Below, piece after piece: positions 48,942 to 59,426 of a DNA stretch of 62,977 nt. The number at the start of each line of letters is the position of its first letter. The stretch's first letter is position 1. This DNA is from a virus (Duplodnaviria > Caudoviricetes): IMG/VR virus record IMGVR_UViG_3300022821_000003, positions 1 to 62,977 of that record; one strand, given 5' to 3'. The notes under the pieces were generated by a model. It was not told the origin of the DNA and did no database searches. It saw only the letters and a program-made list of their open reading frames with translations. The position numbers were made by a program, and so were the translations under genes.

Positions 48942-49185
48942 TATATTAAGTTCTCTAGGATTAGTATTTTATACAATAAAGAAGAGTTCAGAAGATAGAA
49001 AAGAAACTATACAAGAAATGGCTAAAATATTTCTCTCAAAGAATATGGAGGAATATGTAGAAACAATTCAAGAAGACAACGAAGAAGAAGAAATAGTACA
49101 AGATGAAATTGAAGAAGTAGACGCTGTCGATGAGAGATTATTAATAGAGCACTTAAAGAAAACGCATGAAAATATCGAAAGTTAA
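48916..49185 (+). CDS. Membrane-anchored acidic hypothetical protein
   Basis: N-terminal hydrophobic helix. Confidence 0.55.
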   Translation: MIEAVLAISILSSLGLVFYTIKKSSEDRKETIQEMAKIFLSKNMEEYVETIQEDNEEEEIVQDEIEEVDAVDERLLIEHLKKTHENIES

Positions 49186-49426
49186 AATTAAAAAAGTAGT
49201 ACCAAACAAAGGGCTCGTTGGATTTGCATCTTGCATTATTGAGGACTCTTTATTCTTGGGGAATATAGCAATATTCACAAGACTAGGAGAGGAAACTAGG
49301 ATGAGATTAGTATTTCCAATAAAAGAAACTGAACAAAATAAAATATCAGTGTTTCACCCGTTGACTGCAGAGTTGTACTACTTGCTAGAACAGGCGATTA
49401 CTGAAAAATATAAAGAGAATGATTAA
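49166..49426 (+). CDS. SpoVG-like nucleic-acid-binding protein
   Basis: MKISKVKI...GFASCII...I.IF...LVFP...HPL pattern. Confidence 0.6.
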   Translation: MKISKVKIKKVVPNKGLVGFASCIIEDSLFLGNIAIFTRLGEETRMRLVFPIKETEQNKISVFHPLTAELYYLLEQAITEKYKEND

Positions 49427-51275
49427 TCTAGAATATTTAAGAAAACAAAAAATAGAAACTGGACGTAATCCAGAAGTTATTAAATTTATAGATAGTCTTT
49501 ATACATCTACTTCAGCTATGTATCTGAAGCAGCATAAAGACTGGTATATAAGTGATAGGTTTGTTCGTGGCGACCATTGGATTGTTTATAACAAGACTCT
49601 AAATAGAGTACAAACAGTTCCTCTTGTAGAAGGAGAAGTCAGACGGACAATAAACAAAATTAGGTCACAACTTCGTGGTATTAAAAACTTCGTTAAAAGA
49701 AGTCAACCAAGATGGGAAGTCCATCCTAATGATAGCACTGACGAAGCATATGCAGAAGCATCTAAGAAGAATAAACTTCTACAGAATATATATAGGACAA
49801 GAAAAATTAAACAAAGCTTGACGGATTTGATTGTTAATGCTTTTAAATATTCTGCTGGGTTCTTAGAAGGCGGATATGTTAAAAGAGATGGTAAAGACGT
49901 TATAGATTTTTGGATAGACAGTTCATATGATATATTACCAGATCCATATGCATCAACAATCCCAAGTTGTAGATACATTTTTAAGACATTTGTAAAGCCA
50001 GTTGAATCAATTAAAGGAAATAAGGAATATACTATTAAAGATGAGAAGATTTCAGATAACAGGGAGGCTGCTGCAGATTATAAGAATATATTAGAACTTG
50101 AAAAATATAACAGAGAATCTAATAAAACTAACAAGGACTTAGAAACAGCAGTTGTTAAAGAACTATGGTTAAAATGGATTGAAAAAGATGAAGTGAAAGT
50201 TAGAGTTATCACTGTTGTAGGAAATAATGTTGCAAGAGTATATAACCCTAAATATAGAAGATACCCAATATTCAATTATAACCCAGAACGTAATGAGGAG
50301 TCGATCTTTAACACACCATGGATAAAAGATCTTATTTCTATTAATAAGTCATTAGACAAAACAGCTTCACAAGTAGAGGCATACATTCAGAGAATGCTTG
50401 CTGGCAAATACTTGATTAAGAAAGGTGTTGATGTTTCAATGATAACAGATAAAGGAGCAGAAAAGATTTACTATAAAGGACAGGTTCCACCTAAGCAGAT
50501 GGACTTACAACCACTACCAACAACACCATTTGTGTTTATGCAGAATCTTGAAGGTTGGATTGAGGAACTAGGCGGAGTCAGAGAAGCATCACTTGGTAAA
50601 GCAACAGGTTCTCTACAATCTGGTAAAGGGATTGAGGCGCTACAATCAGCAGATGCTGGAACTGTAGCAGAACCGATAGAGAATCTTGAGTTATTATTAC
50701 AAGACGTTGGTAATTTTGTACTAGAATTAATAGCTGATTATCAAATAGCATCAGATGAAATAATTGAAGATGGTCAGAAGATAAAATATGTTGGTAAAGT
50801 AGCTAATAATGAACCAGAAGGAGCAATGGTAATTGATGGCAACGATGAAATTAAAGTTACTATAGTTCCAGAGATTGCATATAGTGAAGATGCTAAAAAG
50901 GAATGGGCTATGAGATTAGCAGAAGCCAAACTGATAGATGGACAAACATTATTAGAACAGTTTAAATTCTCTAACATATCTGACATAGTAGATAGAATGG
51001 AAGTAAAGAAAGCAGAAGAGTTCAAACAAGATATGATGAAGCAGAGAGAAAGTCATAGATCAGACGGACAAGGTCCAGAAGATACAGCCGATCTCGCTGA
51101 TAGTGAAAACATGCAAATGTCAACTGGACAACAGGTACCAGAAACTCCTAAAGTTTTATGGACACCTGAACATACAGATTTACACATTTCATTTATTAAA
51201 GAGAATGGTGATGTTTACAAACAGAACCAGGAACTATTCGATGCTCATATATCAGCAGAAGAAAATTATCAATAA
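49419..51275 (+). CDS. Portal protein
   Basis: FVRGDHW, TINKIRS and SGKGIEALQ motifs; 618 aa; lies between terminase and scaffold. Confidence 0.8.
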   Translation: MINLEYLRKQKIETGRNPEVIKFIDSLYTSTSAMYLKQHKDWYISDRFVRGDHWIVYNKTLNRVQTVPLVEGEVRRTINKIRSQLRGIKNFVKRSQPRWEVHPNDSTDEAYAEASKKNKLLQNIYRTRKIKQSLTDLIVNAFKYSAGFLEGGYVKRDGKDVIDFWIDSSYDILPDPYASTIPSCRYIFKTFVKPVESIKGNKEYTIKDEKISDNREAAADYKNILELEKYNRESNKTNKDLETAVVKELWLKWIEKDEVKVRVITVVGNNVARVYNPKYRRYPIFNYNPERNEESIFNTPWIKDLISINKSLDKTASQVEAYIQRMLAGKYLIKKGVDVSMITDKGAEKIYYKGQVPPKQMDLQPLPTTPFVFMQNLEGWIEELGGVREASLGKATGSLQSGKGIEALQSADAGTVAEPIENLELLLQDVGNFVLELIADYQIASDEIIEDGQKIKYVGKVANNEPEGAMVIDGNDEIKVTIVPEIAYSEDAKKEWAMRLAEAKLIDGQTLLEQFKFSNISDIVDRMEVKKAEEFKQDMMKQRESHRSDGQGPEDTADLADSENMQMSTGQQVPETPKVLWTPEHTDLHISFIKENGDVYKQNQELFDAHISAEENYQ

Positions 51276-51290
51276 TTAATAATAACTAAT

Positions 51291-51605
51291 ATGTCAATAA
51301 ATTTCAAAGATTTCATTGGCGATGTCAAAAAAGGTGCTGGCATTGTTAAAAGAAGTTATGCGGATGTTGGTAAAAACATCAAAGGGATTGTAAAGGATAA
51401 AAAAGCTAAAAAAGTTTCTAAAAAGAAAGCAAAAGCTAAATATGGAGAACTAATAGATACATCGTCTAAAAAGGAATTCATAAAAAACAATGGTGAAGTG
51501 AACTATAATAAAGCGATGGATTCAGGTTCAATTTTCAATCCTAACCAAAGAAAACTTAATAAAATTAGAAAAGCAAAGGAAGCAAAATATAGTAGATTAA
51601 AATAA
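51291..51605 (+). CDS. Basic hypothetical protein
   Basis: Lys-rich ORF. Confidence 0.55.
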   Translation: MSINFKDFIGDVKKGAGIVKRSYADVGKNIKGIVKDKKAKKVSKKKAKAKYGELIDTSSKKEFIKNNGEVNYNKAMDSGSIFNPNQRKLNKIRKAKEAKYSRLK

Positions 51606-51671
51606 TTAATATACGCAGAGCGTTTTAGACTGCGTTACAAACTAACGTAAAATAATTTTACAAGAAGTATT

Positions 51672-52415
51672 ATGGAAAATGAAACAAAGGTAGTACCAGA
51701 GGCTCCAGCAGCAGTAGAACCTACCACTACACCAGCTGAAGAAATCGTAACTTCGCAGGAAGTAAAAACTGAAGTACCAGTAGCAGAAGTTGCTCCAGTA
51801 CAAGATAATGTCGTAGATATGGCTAAGATGCAAGAACAAATAAGTAATTTGAACACAGCATTAAAGCAAGAGCGTGACACTGGCAAAGTCGAGAGCAAGG
51901 AGCTCAAAGAAGAACTTGCTAGGTCGAAGGAAACTATTGACAAACTTAAAAATGTCTTTAGTCCAGAGGTAGCAGTAGAAGAGGTTAATGAAACCTTATC
52001 AATTGATAAAATCACTGCTTTATTAGATGAGAGAGATAACAAAAAGAAAGAGGACGAGAGTAGGGAAACGCAAGCTCAAAAAATTAAAGCAGAAGTTTCA
52101 GATCTAGAAAAAGAATGGAATGGAGCAGAAGGTAAGCCAAAATACGAAGATGAAAAAGTCTTAGATTGGCAAGAAAATAACCAAAAGTTATACCTATCTC
52201 CAAGAGAAGCTTTTAATGAAATGAACAGAGACACAATCATTGATTGGGAAATTAAAAATAGACTTAACAAAAAACCAGAGGTCCAAAGTGTTGAAACTCC
52301 AGGAGGTTCACCTACAAGTAGGGAACCAATAGAGATGAAACCTAAGACGACCGAGGAACTTCGTAGTGCTATCTCAGAAGCAATGGACGCAGCTTCTGAT
52401 GAGAATATAAACTAA
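51672..52415 (+). CDS. Capsid scaffolding protein
   Basis: Acidic coiled-coil protein directly upstream of the capsid gene. Confidence 0.7.
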   Translation: MENETKVVPEAPAAVEPTTTPAEEIVTSQEVKTEVPVAEVAPVQDNVVDMAKMQEQISNLNTALKQERDTGKVESKELKEELARSKETIDKLKNVFSPEVAVEEVNETLSIDKITALLDERDNKKKEDESRETQAQKIKAEVSDLEKEWNGAEGKPKYEDEKVLDWQENNQKLYLSPREAFNEMNRDTIIDWEIKNRLNKKPEVQSVETPGGSPTSREPIEMKPKTTEELRSAISEAMDAASDENIN

Positions 52416-52460
52416 TATCTACGAAGTTACGATATACGGATTTCGTAGTAACATAAACAC

Positions 52461-55400
52461 ATGGCACAGTCCGTAACAAACATGGCTGGAGCTGCGATAA
52501 ATCTTGTCGCCTCGTAGAGTAATCTACGTGTAAAATCAATTAAATTGCGGGAACATCCTTAGAGCTTTAACTACACTGACTCGTGTAAAAACGTTAAAGA
52601 TTGGACAATCTGCATCAAAATCTTATGACAATTAAAAGGTGTGTTCATTGTAATAGAGATTACAAGACACAAGACACTAAAAGAAAATTTTGTTCACAAA
52701 AATGTTTTAGAGAATGGAGAAAAGAAAATTGGCATCCATCTCAAGACCATAAAGATTCAATAAGTAAAAAATTAAAAGGTCAAAAATCAACTGGGAAGCC
52801 CTTCGAGAAGGGGCATACGATAAACAATGGTAGAGAACCATGGAATAAAAATAAAACTGGAGTTCAGAAAGCATGGAATAAAGGATTAGTAATGAAGAAT
52901 TACTACGATGAAGAACAGTACCAAAAATTTATAAAAGGTTGTATAAAAGGTGGAATTGCTTGTTGCTTAAAAGTAGCAGACAATACAAATAGAACAAAAA
53001 TAGAAATAATATTAGAAGATATAGTAGAAGAACTTGGAATAAAATATATGACACAGTATCCATTACTTGGGATAACTGTAGCAGATATATATTTGCCAGA
53101 CCACCATATAGCAATATATGCAGATGGAGATTACTGGCATAACTATCCTCATGGAACGAATAAAGACCATGAAGTTAACAAGGAACTAAAGAATGCTAAT
53201 ATACAAGTAATGCGTTTCTGGGAATGTGACATATATAAAGACATTGACAGAGTAAAAAAAATCATAAGAGATGTTCAGAGACTATAATATTGCCCCTCGG
53301 CAGAGGGTGAAGGGATAGTCCGACTTATACCGAAAGGTATTGGATATACATGGAGAGTATATGACGGCGTTGTTCACGAGCAAGTATTCACAAAGAATGT
53401 TTTGTTCATGAATGTATTAAAAAACGTTGCTCATGATACTGGAGCAGTTTCAGTCGCAGGCGCTTCAGCTACAGGTGGTGGTGGTAAAATGATTACAGTA
53501 CATTATGGTCGTAAATGTGTTGCGACCCTTAGAAAGTAATTTCTTTGACAATTTAACTAACTATATGCTGGAAACTCCTTAGAGCCTTTCGTACCAAAGT
53601 GTAAAAATCGAAAGGATTGGACAATCAGCAGAAAAGATTTCTATGAAAGAAAACAAATATCTTGCATATTTAACAGGAGTTTACCTTTCAGATGGATCAT
53701 GTTTTAAACATGAGAGAGGATATGTTTTTAAACTATCTTCAATTGATATGGATTATATAAATTATACAAATAAATGTATAGATAATCTGATAAACAAAAC
53801 TGGATCTATTTACGAAAGTAAACCAACTGGATGGGGCAAGAAAAATATATTCACAATTCGCATATACGAAAAGCAATTATTTGAATATTTAACAATACAA
53901 ACAGAAAAGAAAACAAAAATACCAACTTGGATTTTAGAAGGGAAAGAAAGCATTAAAAAAGAATTTATTGCTGGAATGGTGGATGGTGATGGTTGGGTTG
54001 TTTTCAACGTATCTGGTACTGGGAGAGGTTTAAACTGGCAAATCGGATTAAGTGGTTCTGAAATAATGATGAACAATATTTCAAGAATGTGTAATAAAAT
54101 GCAACTTAAATCGTGGGGTCCAACAAAAATCAAAACTAGTAAAAATACGTATAGACTATTTTTCGACACACTTGATTTTATAAAATTTAAAATAAAATTA
54201 AGGATAGACAGGAAAATGGCTAGAATAAATTTCATTAGAAAAATTCTCAACGACTACATGTTAGTCTCCAAGACAAATCCAAAAAGGATTAAAGAAGTTC
54301 TTGGATGAAGATATAGTCTCATCTTTATGTAGACATAAAGCTAAGATATTAAACGAACACTGGTAGTGCAGCTGGATCTGAATCATTAACTTTACCTACA
54401 GCTGGACAGCAAGCTTATATACAAGCTAACATCCCGATGAAATATAACTTTCATCAAATTTCTCTTACAGACGTTGTTTTACAAGGTTCAAAGAGATCAA
54501 AAGAGTTCTTAGTAAACGTTTTAGAATCAGAATATGATGGAGCTAAGAATGATATGCAGAGACAGTTATCACGTCAAGGGTATGGTATTAAACGACTTCT
54601 TACCAGGTTACTGATTCCATCGTGTGCCCTATAAAACACACAAATAAAATTATCACTAATAAGGGGAATCCTGAAATTGGCAACCCCTAGCAAGCACATT
54701 ACAATTTATTTCGGTTTTATATAATAAAATATGAAACAAACAAAAGCAATTAAACTGGCTTATCTAGCTGGCTTTATAGATGGAGAAGGATGTATAATGA
54801 TAGCAAAAAGAAATCCTAGATTAGAAGGAAGAATAAATGTTAGTTATTCAATTCTATTAACAATATCTCAAAAAGATGGAGCAATAATGGATTGGTTAAC
54901 TGGTAACTTCGGAGGTAGTGTTCAATATAAGAACAAAGAAAGAGATATTTATGTCTGGAATATAACACATAAGAAAGCAGCAAAAGTACTTAAAGAAGTC
55001 CTTCCATTTATCAAATATAAAAGACCACAAATAGAAATTGCTATTAGATTACAAAATAGATTAACCAAAACGTTAAAAGGAAAAGATGGCAGAGCATTAC
55101 CATTAACTGATAGCGAAATAATCAAACGAGAAGAAATGTATTTAGAATGCAAAAAACTAAAACATATTTATAAAGAATCAAAATACCGAAATAAATTAAA
55201 TAATGGTGCAGCTGTAGAGACTAAGTGTGATAACCTAGAGATAGGAAGCGATAGTCCGACCTTGCAGAAATAACAACTGTAAGATGTTAGCAGAAATGAC
55301 TAACACTCCTCAATAGAGGAAGTAACAACTTGGGAACTGGAGAAATTGCTAAAGTAAATGCAGACCCTTCAACTGGTACTACTGTAGAATTAGACAACCC

Positions 55401-56127
55401 TATGGTTGGAAAAAATCCTACAGATTATATCGAGATTGGAAACGTTTTAAGATTTGGAGCAACAGCTTCAACTATTGGAACAGTAGATTCAATCACAGAT
55501 GGTGATACTTTCGAATTAGCAGCTGGAGTTGCAGCAATCGCTGACAATGACCCAGTGTACATTGCACAAACGGCTACACAGTCAAACAAAGACGCTGAAA
55601 TAATGGGACTTAAAGGTCTTATTGATGATGGTGCTAATCTTACCACTTTAGAAGGTCTTTCTAGATCTACTTACATTTGGTGGCAGTCATATGTTAATGA
55701 TAATACTTCACAACGTTCATTAACAGACGCTTTACTTCATACTACTTGGATTGAAGCACAGAAGAAAGGTGATACTAAATATATCCTTACTTCATGGGAC
55801 GTACAATCAGCTTATGGACAACTTTTAACTCCAGATAGACGTTATACTAACGGAGACATGCAGTTAAATGGTGGGTTCAAAGGGGTAGACTTTAACGGGA
55901 TACCAATGGTAGCTGACTATGACGCTCCATATGATGAAGCTTACTTCATCGACCCTTCAACTTTATCAATTGAAGATTTAGCTCCTATCTCATTTTTGAA
56001 AGAAGATGGTGCTATTCTAGACAGAAGTGCAACGACACCTGCTTGGAATGCCACGCTTCGTTACTATGCTAATTTATGCAACAAGGCACCGAACAAATCG
56101 GCTGCCCTTAGAGATATTGTCAAATAG
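52461..56127 (+). CDS. Major capsid protein, 4 exons: 52461-52498, 53353-53512, 54356-54589, 55333-56127 (408 aa spliced)
   Basis: Exons join in frame (MAQSVTNMAGAAM|RVYDG...HYGR|NTGSAAGSESLTLPTAG...RQGYGI|GTGEIAK...). Capsid-like motifs (GLKGLI, FNGIPMVADYD) and position after the scaffold. Confidence 0.85.
52499..53352 (+). mobile_element. Group I intron 1 in MCP
   Basis: P1 GCGAU/GUCGC with U-G, core AATTGCGGGAA and CAATCTGCA, P7 GACTA/TAGTC, terminal G. Confidence 0.9.
52625..53287 (+). CDS. Intron-encoded Vsr/DUF559-like (EDxHD-type) homing endonuclease
   Basis: N-terminal Zn ribbon (CVHC...FCSQKC), PWNK repeats and ADIYLP...ADGDYWH...VMRFWE. Confidence 0.8.
   Translation: MTIKRCVHCNRDYKTQDTKRKFCSQKCFREWRKENWHPSQDHKDSISKKLKGQKSTGKPFEKGHTINNGREPWNKNKTGVQKAWNKGLVMKNYYDEEQYQKFIKGCIKGGIACCLKVADNTNRTKIEIILEDIVEELGIKYMTQYPLLGITVADIYLPDHHIAIYADGDYWHNYPHGTNKDHEVNKELKNANIQVMRFWECDIYKDIDRVKKIIRDVQRL
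53513..54355 (+). mobile_element. Group I intron 2 in MCP
   Basis: P1 GGUCGU/GCGACC, P10 GUGUU pairing with exon AACAC, core ATGCTGGAAA/CAATCAGCAG, P7 GACTA/TAGTC, terminal G. Confidence 0.9.
53643..54308 (+). CDS. Intron-encoded double-motif LAGLIDADG endonuclease
   Basis: LAYLTGVYLSDGS and FIAGMVDGDGW motifs. Confidence 0.85.
   Translation: MKENKYLAYLTGVYLSDGSCFKHERGYVFKLSSIDMDYINYTNKCIDNLINKTGSIYESKPTGWGKKNIFTIRIYEKQLFEYLTIQTEKKTKIPTWILEGKESIKKEFIAGMVDGDGWVVFNVSGTGRGLNWQIGLSGSEIMMNNISRMCNKMQLKSWGPTKIKTSKNTYRLFFDTLDFIKFKIKLRIDRKMARINFIRKILNDYMLVSKTNPKRIKEVLG
54590..55332 (+). mobile_element. Group I intron 3 in MCP
   Basis: P1 AUGGUAUU/GAUUCCAU, P10-like CCAGGUU against exon GGAACUGG, P7 GACTA/TAGTC, terminal G. 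The 5' site is slightly less certain. Confidence 0.8.
54731..55273 (+). CDS. Intron-encoded single-motif LAGLIDADG endonuclease
   Basis: LAYLAGFIDGEGCI, FGGSV and LPFIKYKRPQ motifs. Confidence 0.9.
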   Translation: MKQTKAIKLAYLAGFIDGEGCIMIAKRNPRLEGRINVSYSILLTISQKDGAIMDWLTGNFGGSVQYKNKERDIYVWNITHKKAAKVLKEVLPFIKYKRPQIEIAIRLQNRLTKTLKGKDGRALPLTDSEIIKREEMYLECKKLKHIYKESKYRNKLNNGAAVETKCDNLEIGSDSPTLQK

Positions 56128-56178
56128 ATTTTATCTAGCATAAGATAAAGAATAGGTTCGATAGACGAAAGTGGGGGA

Positions 56179-56715
56179 TTGGTTAGATCAGTCCCCCAGC
56201 CTATATTAGCTATAATTAATCTAACTAATTGTATGAACAAAACTTGTATTTTATGTGGAGAAATCTACGAAAGACAAAACAACTGTACTATCGGAATTTG
56301 GAACAAAAGAAAATTTTGTTCGCCAGAATGCTCACAGATAGCTAGGGTAGGAATGAAACATTCTGAAGAAACAAAACAAAAGATTAGGAAAACAAAAACA
56401 GGATCGATACCATGGAATAAGGGTACTGGATATAAAACTAAACTTCAAAAGAAGATTAGGTCTTGTACTAAATATATAGAATGGAGGACATCCATATACG
56501 AAAGAGATAACTGGGTATGCAAAACATGCAATACTAAAGGATTGAAACTCACAGCACATCACATGAAATCTTTTGCACTTATACTAAAGGAATATAAGAT
56601 TAAAACATTATATGAAGCAGAAGATTGTGATAAGTTGTGGGATTTGGACAATGGAGTTACGCTCTGTCATGAGTGTCATAAACTAACGGATAGTTATGGC
56701 AAAAACATTAACTAG
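56179..56715 (+). CDS. Free-standing HNH endonuclease (NUMOD3), paralog of 22766..23323; likely start 56233
   Basis: HSEETKQKI, WRTSIYERDNWVCKTC, AHH and NGVTLCHECH motifs. Confidence 0.85.
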   Translation: MVRSVPQPILAIINLTNCMNKTCILCGEIYERQNNCTIGIWNKRKFCSPECSQIARVGMKHSEETKQKIRKTKTGSIPWNKGTGYKTKLQKKIRSCTKYIEWRTSIYERDNWVCKTCNTKGLKLTAHHMKSFALILKEYKIKTLYEAEDCDKLWDLDNGVTLCHECHKLTDSYGKNIN

Positions 56716-56767
56716 TATCTCACTTACTGGGTGAGGGTAAACTATTAAACATAAACAGCTTAAACAA

Positions 56768-57748
56768 ATGATAAAAAATAGAAATATTGCTCCAGATGCA
56801 GCTATCTCCATTTCGAAAGTTATGGGTGCTGGAATGCTAGGAGCAGGAAGAATCTTGTATGTAGCACCAGCTTCATCAGCTTCTTACTCACGTTGGAATG
56901 GAACTGTTCCATCTTCAGATTTATACACTACCATTGCAGCAGCTTATGCTCAGGTAGTTACAAATAGGAATGATGTTATTGTTCTTTCTCCAGATGGTCA
57001 CGCTCAAACAGAAATGTTATCTCTTTCAAAGAATAGGTTTCATATCATAGGAGCTGACGCTGGCGGACGATACCAAGGAGCTAGATGTAGAATCACAATG
57101 GGCACAACTGGTGTCGCTACAGACTTAGCAGTAATGCAAAACACTGGAGTAGGTGTTAGCTTTACTAATATTAAATTTGATAGTTCGAGTGAAACAACAG
57201 AAAGTTTGTACTCAGTTATCGAAGCAGGTGAATACGCAAAGTATGAAGGTTGTGAGTTCTATAAGTCAACTGACTTAGACGGGGACCAAGCAGCAGAATT
57301 AGTACTTAACGGAGACACTGCACTATTTAGAAATTGTGCATTTGGTTCAACATCAAACATTGTTGCAGATGCAAAAATTAGACCTAATGTACTTCTTACT
57401 GGAGGTATTGTTAGTGGAAAGAAATGTAGAGATTCAATCTTTGACGATTGTATTTTCTTATCTAAAGCAGGTGGTAATGAGCATAATGCTGTATACGGTG
57501 CCAACGCAACAGATGTAGAAAGAATGTTACAATTTAAAGGATGTACTTTCTTCAATAACCCACTTTCAGCCGCAACTCCTGATGCAGCTATTGCTTTCGG
57601 AGCAGCACAAACAGAAGGAGCAGTTTTCTGCGACACAAACTGTGCAGTAGTAAACATAGTCGTTATGGGAACAACTGGACAGAACATTTTTGTTGTGTCA
57701 CAGGATGGTTCAACTTATTCAACTGCTGGATTATCAGTAGCTTCTTAA
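56768..57748 (+). CDS. Virion structural protein (beta-helix-like, possible capsid decoration)
   Basis: Follows the MCP; LYV...YTTIAAAY...NDVIVLSP pectate-lyase-like start. Confidence 0.55.
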   Translation: MIKNRNIAPDAAISISKVMGAGMLGAGRILYVAPASSASYSRWNGTVPSSDLYTTIAAAYAQVVTNRNDVIVLSPDGHAQTEMLSLSKNRFHIIGADAGGRYQGARCRITMGTTGVATDLAVMQNTGVGVSFTNIKFDSSSETTESLYSVIEAGEYAKYEGCEFYKSTDLDGDQAAELVLNGDTALFRNCAFGSTSNIVADAKIRPNVLLTGGIVSGKKCRDSIFDDCIFLSKAGGNEHNAVYGANATDVERMLQFKGCTFFNNPLSAATPDAAIAFGAAQTEGAVFCDTNCAVVNIVVMGTTGQNIFVVSQDGSTYSTAGLSVAS

Positions 57749-57773
57749 AAACTTATATTTTTAAGTTCTTTAT

Positions 57774-57798
57774 TCGCTCCTTAATTATAGGGAGCGAG
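57774..57798 (+). terminator. Hairpin TCGCTCCT/AGGGAGCGA after the capsid module
   Basis: GC-rich stem in the intergenic gap; no clear U tract. Confidence 0.4.
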
Positions 57799-57833
57799 AC
57801 TAAGGGCTTAAGAAATAATTAATAATAAACATT

Positions 57834-58121
57834 ATGAAAATTAGAAACAATGGTTCTGACTTTAAAATCACATATGATTCTAAAGAATATGAAATTAAAA
57901 AAGGAGAAATGGAAGTTACTGACGAAGGGTTAGCAACATTCATCATCAAGAAAGCAAGAGCTTGGGGATTCAATGTTGAAAAGACAGGTCTTTCAAGCAA
58001 AGAATTAGTACAACCTATAGAGGCAATTAAAGAAGTTAAAGCAGAGAAAGAAGACGTCAAAGAAGACGTTAAAGAGGAAGTTAAAGCAGAGAAAGAAGAT
58101 AAAAAGAAAACTAAAAAATAA
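57834..58121 (+). CDS. Hypothetical protein
   Basis: ORF with K/E-rich tail. Confidence 0.6.
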   Translation: MKIRNNGSDFKITYDSKEYEIKKGEMEVTDEGLATFIIKKARAWGFNVEKTGLSSKELVQPIEAIKEVKAEKEDVKEDVKEEVKAEKEDKKKTKK

Positions 58122-58126
58122 AAACT

Positions 58127-58438
58127 ATGAAAGATGTATTAAGAAACTATGATAAGTTACTTACATATAAAAAGAACCTAGACGGTTCGGTAGATATAAT
58201 AAGAAAGAGTCCATTTGATACCCAGAAAGAGCACAACCTTTTCAAGATATCTAATCAATATATTGGGAGTGCTAACTGGGTATTGAGAAAGTTGATTAGC
58301 ATGGACACGACTAAATATGATTTAGTTGGGAATGCTATGAGACATAATTGGGCTATAAGAGAAAGAAGAGACTCACGTAACATGCATGAAGACTTAGCAG
58401 AATTCATGGTAAGTGGTGGCTCTACTTTCATAAATTAA
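58127..58438 (+). CDS. Hypothetical protein
   Basis: ORF in operon. Confidence 0.6.
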   Translation: MKDVLRNYDKLLTYKKNLDGSVDIIRKSPFDTQKEHNLFKISNQYIGSANWVLRKLISMDTTKYDLVGNAMRHNWAIRERRDSRNMHEDLAEFMVSGGSTFIN

Positions 58439-58442
58439 AAAT

Positions 58443-58844
58443 ATGATTGCAATAACAAAAACACTCGATGGAGTTACCCTAGAGTCTGATGCAGCAGCTA
58501 CGCAAGCAGCAGCATCTAGAGTACAAGTTGATACACAGGATAAAAGTCAATTAAACTTTACATGTTACTATACAACTGGTTCAGCTGAAACAAGTAATTC
58601 ATGTAGTGTTATGGTTGAAGGATATGATGGAACAGACTGGGTTCAAGTAGGAGAACATTCAATAACTACTGGAGATGCAACTTATGTTCCAACAATCTTC
58701 GTGATTGCAGGAGCAGCAGCAGCTACAGAATATCCAGCACATTTTTCTGTAGATATAGCCTTTACAAAAGTAAGGTTTAGTGCATTAGAGGCTGGAGTAT
58801 CAGCAAATAAAGGAACAGTTACAATAATAGCATTAGCACAATAA
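58443..58844 (+). CDS. Putative structural beta-sandwich protein
   Basis: A/T/S-rich with VEGYDGTDWVQ. Confidence 0.5.
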   Translation: MIAITKTLDGVTLESDAAATQAAASRVQVDTQDKSQLNFTCYYTTGSAETSNSCSVMVEGYDGTDWVQVGEHSITTGDATYVPTIFVIAGAAAATEYPAHFSVDIAFTKVRFSALEAGVSANKGTVTIIALAQ

Positions 58845-58845
58845 T

Positions 58846-59091
58846 ATGAATATATATAAAAAGCTAATTAAGATTGGCAATGAAAAACAAAAATCCCTAT
58901 CATTTGATAAGGCAACATTAGTAAAAATATTCAAAGGTGCTATGATTTCGGCAACTGGAGCATTCGCTCTATATGTACTTAATTTTGTCGGTAGCATGGA
59001 ATTTACAAATATACACTTAGCTTCGTTGGTTGCTTTTGGTATACCATTCTTAGTAAACTTAGTTAAAGAGTTTATGAAGGGAACCAAGTAA
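58846..59091 (+). CDS. Putative holin
   Basis: Small, with two predicted transmembrane helices and charged termini. Confidence 0.55.
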   Translation: MNIYKKLIKIGNEKQKSLSFDKATLVKIFKGAMISATGAFALYVLNFVGSMEFTNIHLASLVAFGIPFLVNLVKEFMKGTK

Positions 59092-59092
59092 T

Positions 59093-59404
59093 ATGACAGA
59101 CTTTTTAACAAAAGAAGAAGCAAAAGCAGCGCAAGATGCTTGTTATAAAACAAACATAAGACCAATTATGAATGAGCTAAAGGAACTAAAAACTGATCTC
59201 AAAGGTTTTGGGAAGGAGTTTAATGACTTCAAAGCAGAGCTTAAAGAAATAGTAGCAGTGATACCATATCAAATACATGCAAGTATAATTGAAGAGGCTG
59301 ATAGAAAATATGCATCTAAGTTGACGCAAAGAATGATGTACGGATTAGCAACAATAATTTTGATAGCATTTATAGGAGGACTTGTTACACTAGTGATAAA
59401 ATAA
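59093..59404 (+). CDS. Coiled-coil protein with C-terminal transmembrane helix (lysis-associated?)
   Basis: Hydrophobic C-terminus. Confidence 0.5.
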   Translation: MTDFLTKEEAKAAQDACYKTNIRPIMNELKELKTDLKGFGKEFNDFKAELKEIVAVIPYQIHASIIEEADRKYASKLTQRMMYGLATIILIAFIGGLVTLVIK

Positions 59405-59426
59405 TAAACTAAATAAACGAAAAAGT

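Noticed and set aside
54437-54634. Stand-alone 65-aa gene, and the 265-aa ORF at 55330 as a complete capsid gene
   Set aside because: Both are parts of exons 3 and 4 of the intron-split capsid gene.
56128-56767. Fourth group I intron around the HNH gene
   Set aside because: The capsid frame has already stopped and no P7 pair is seen; treated as a free-standing HNH.
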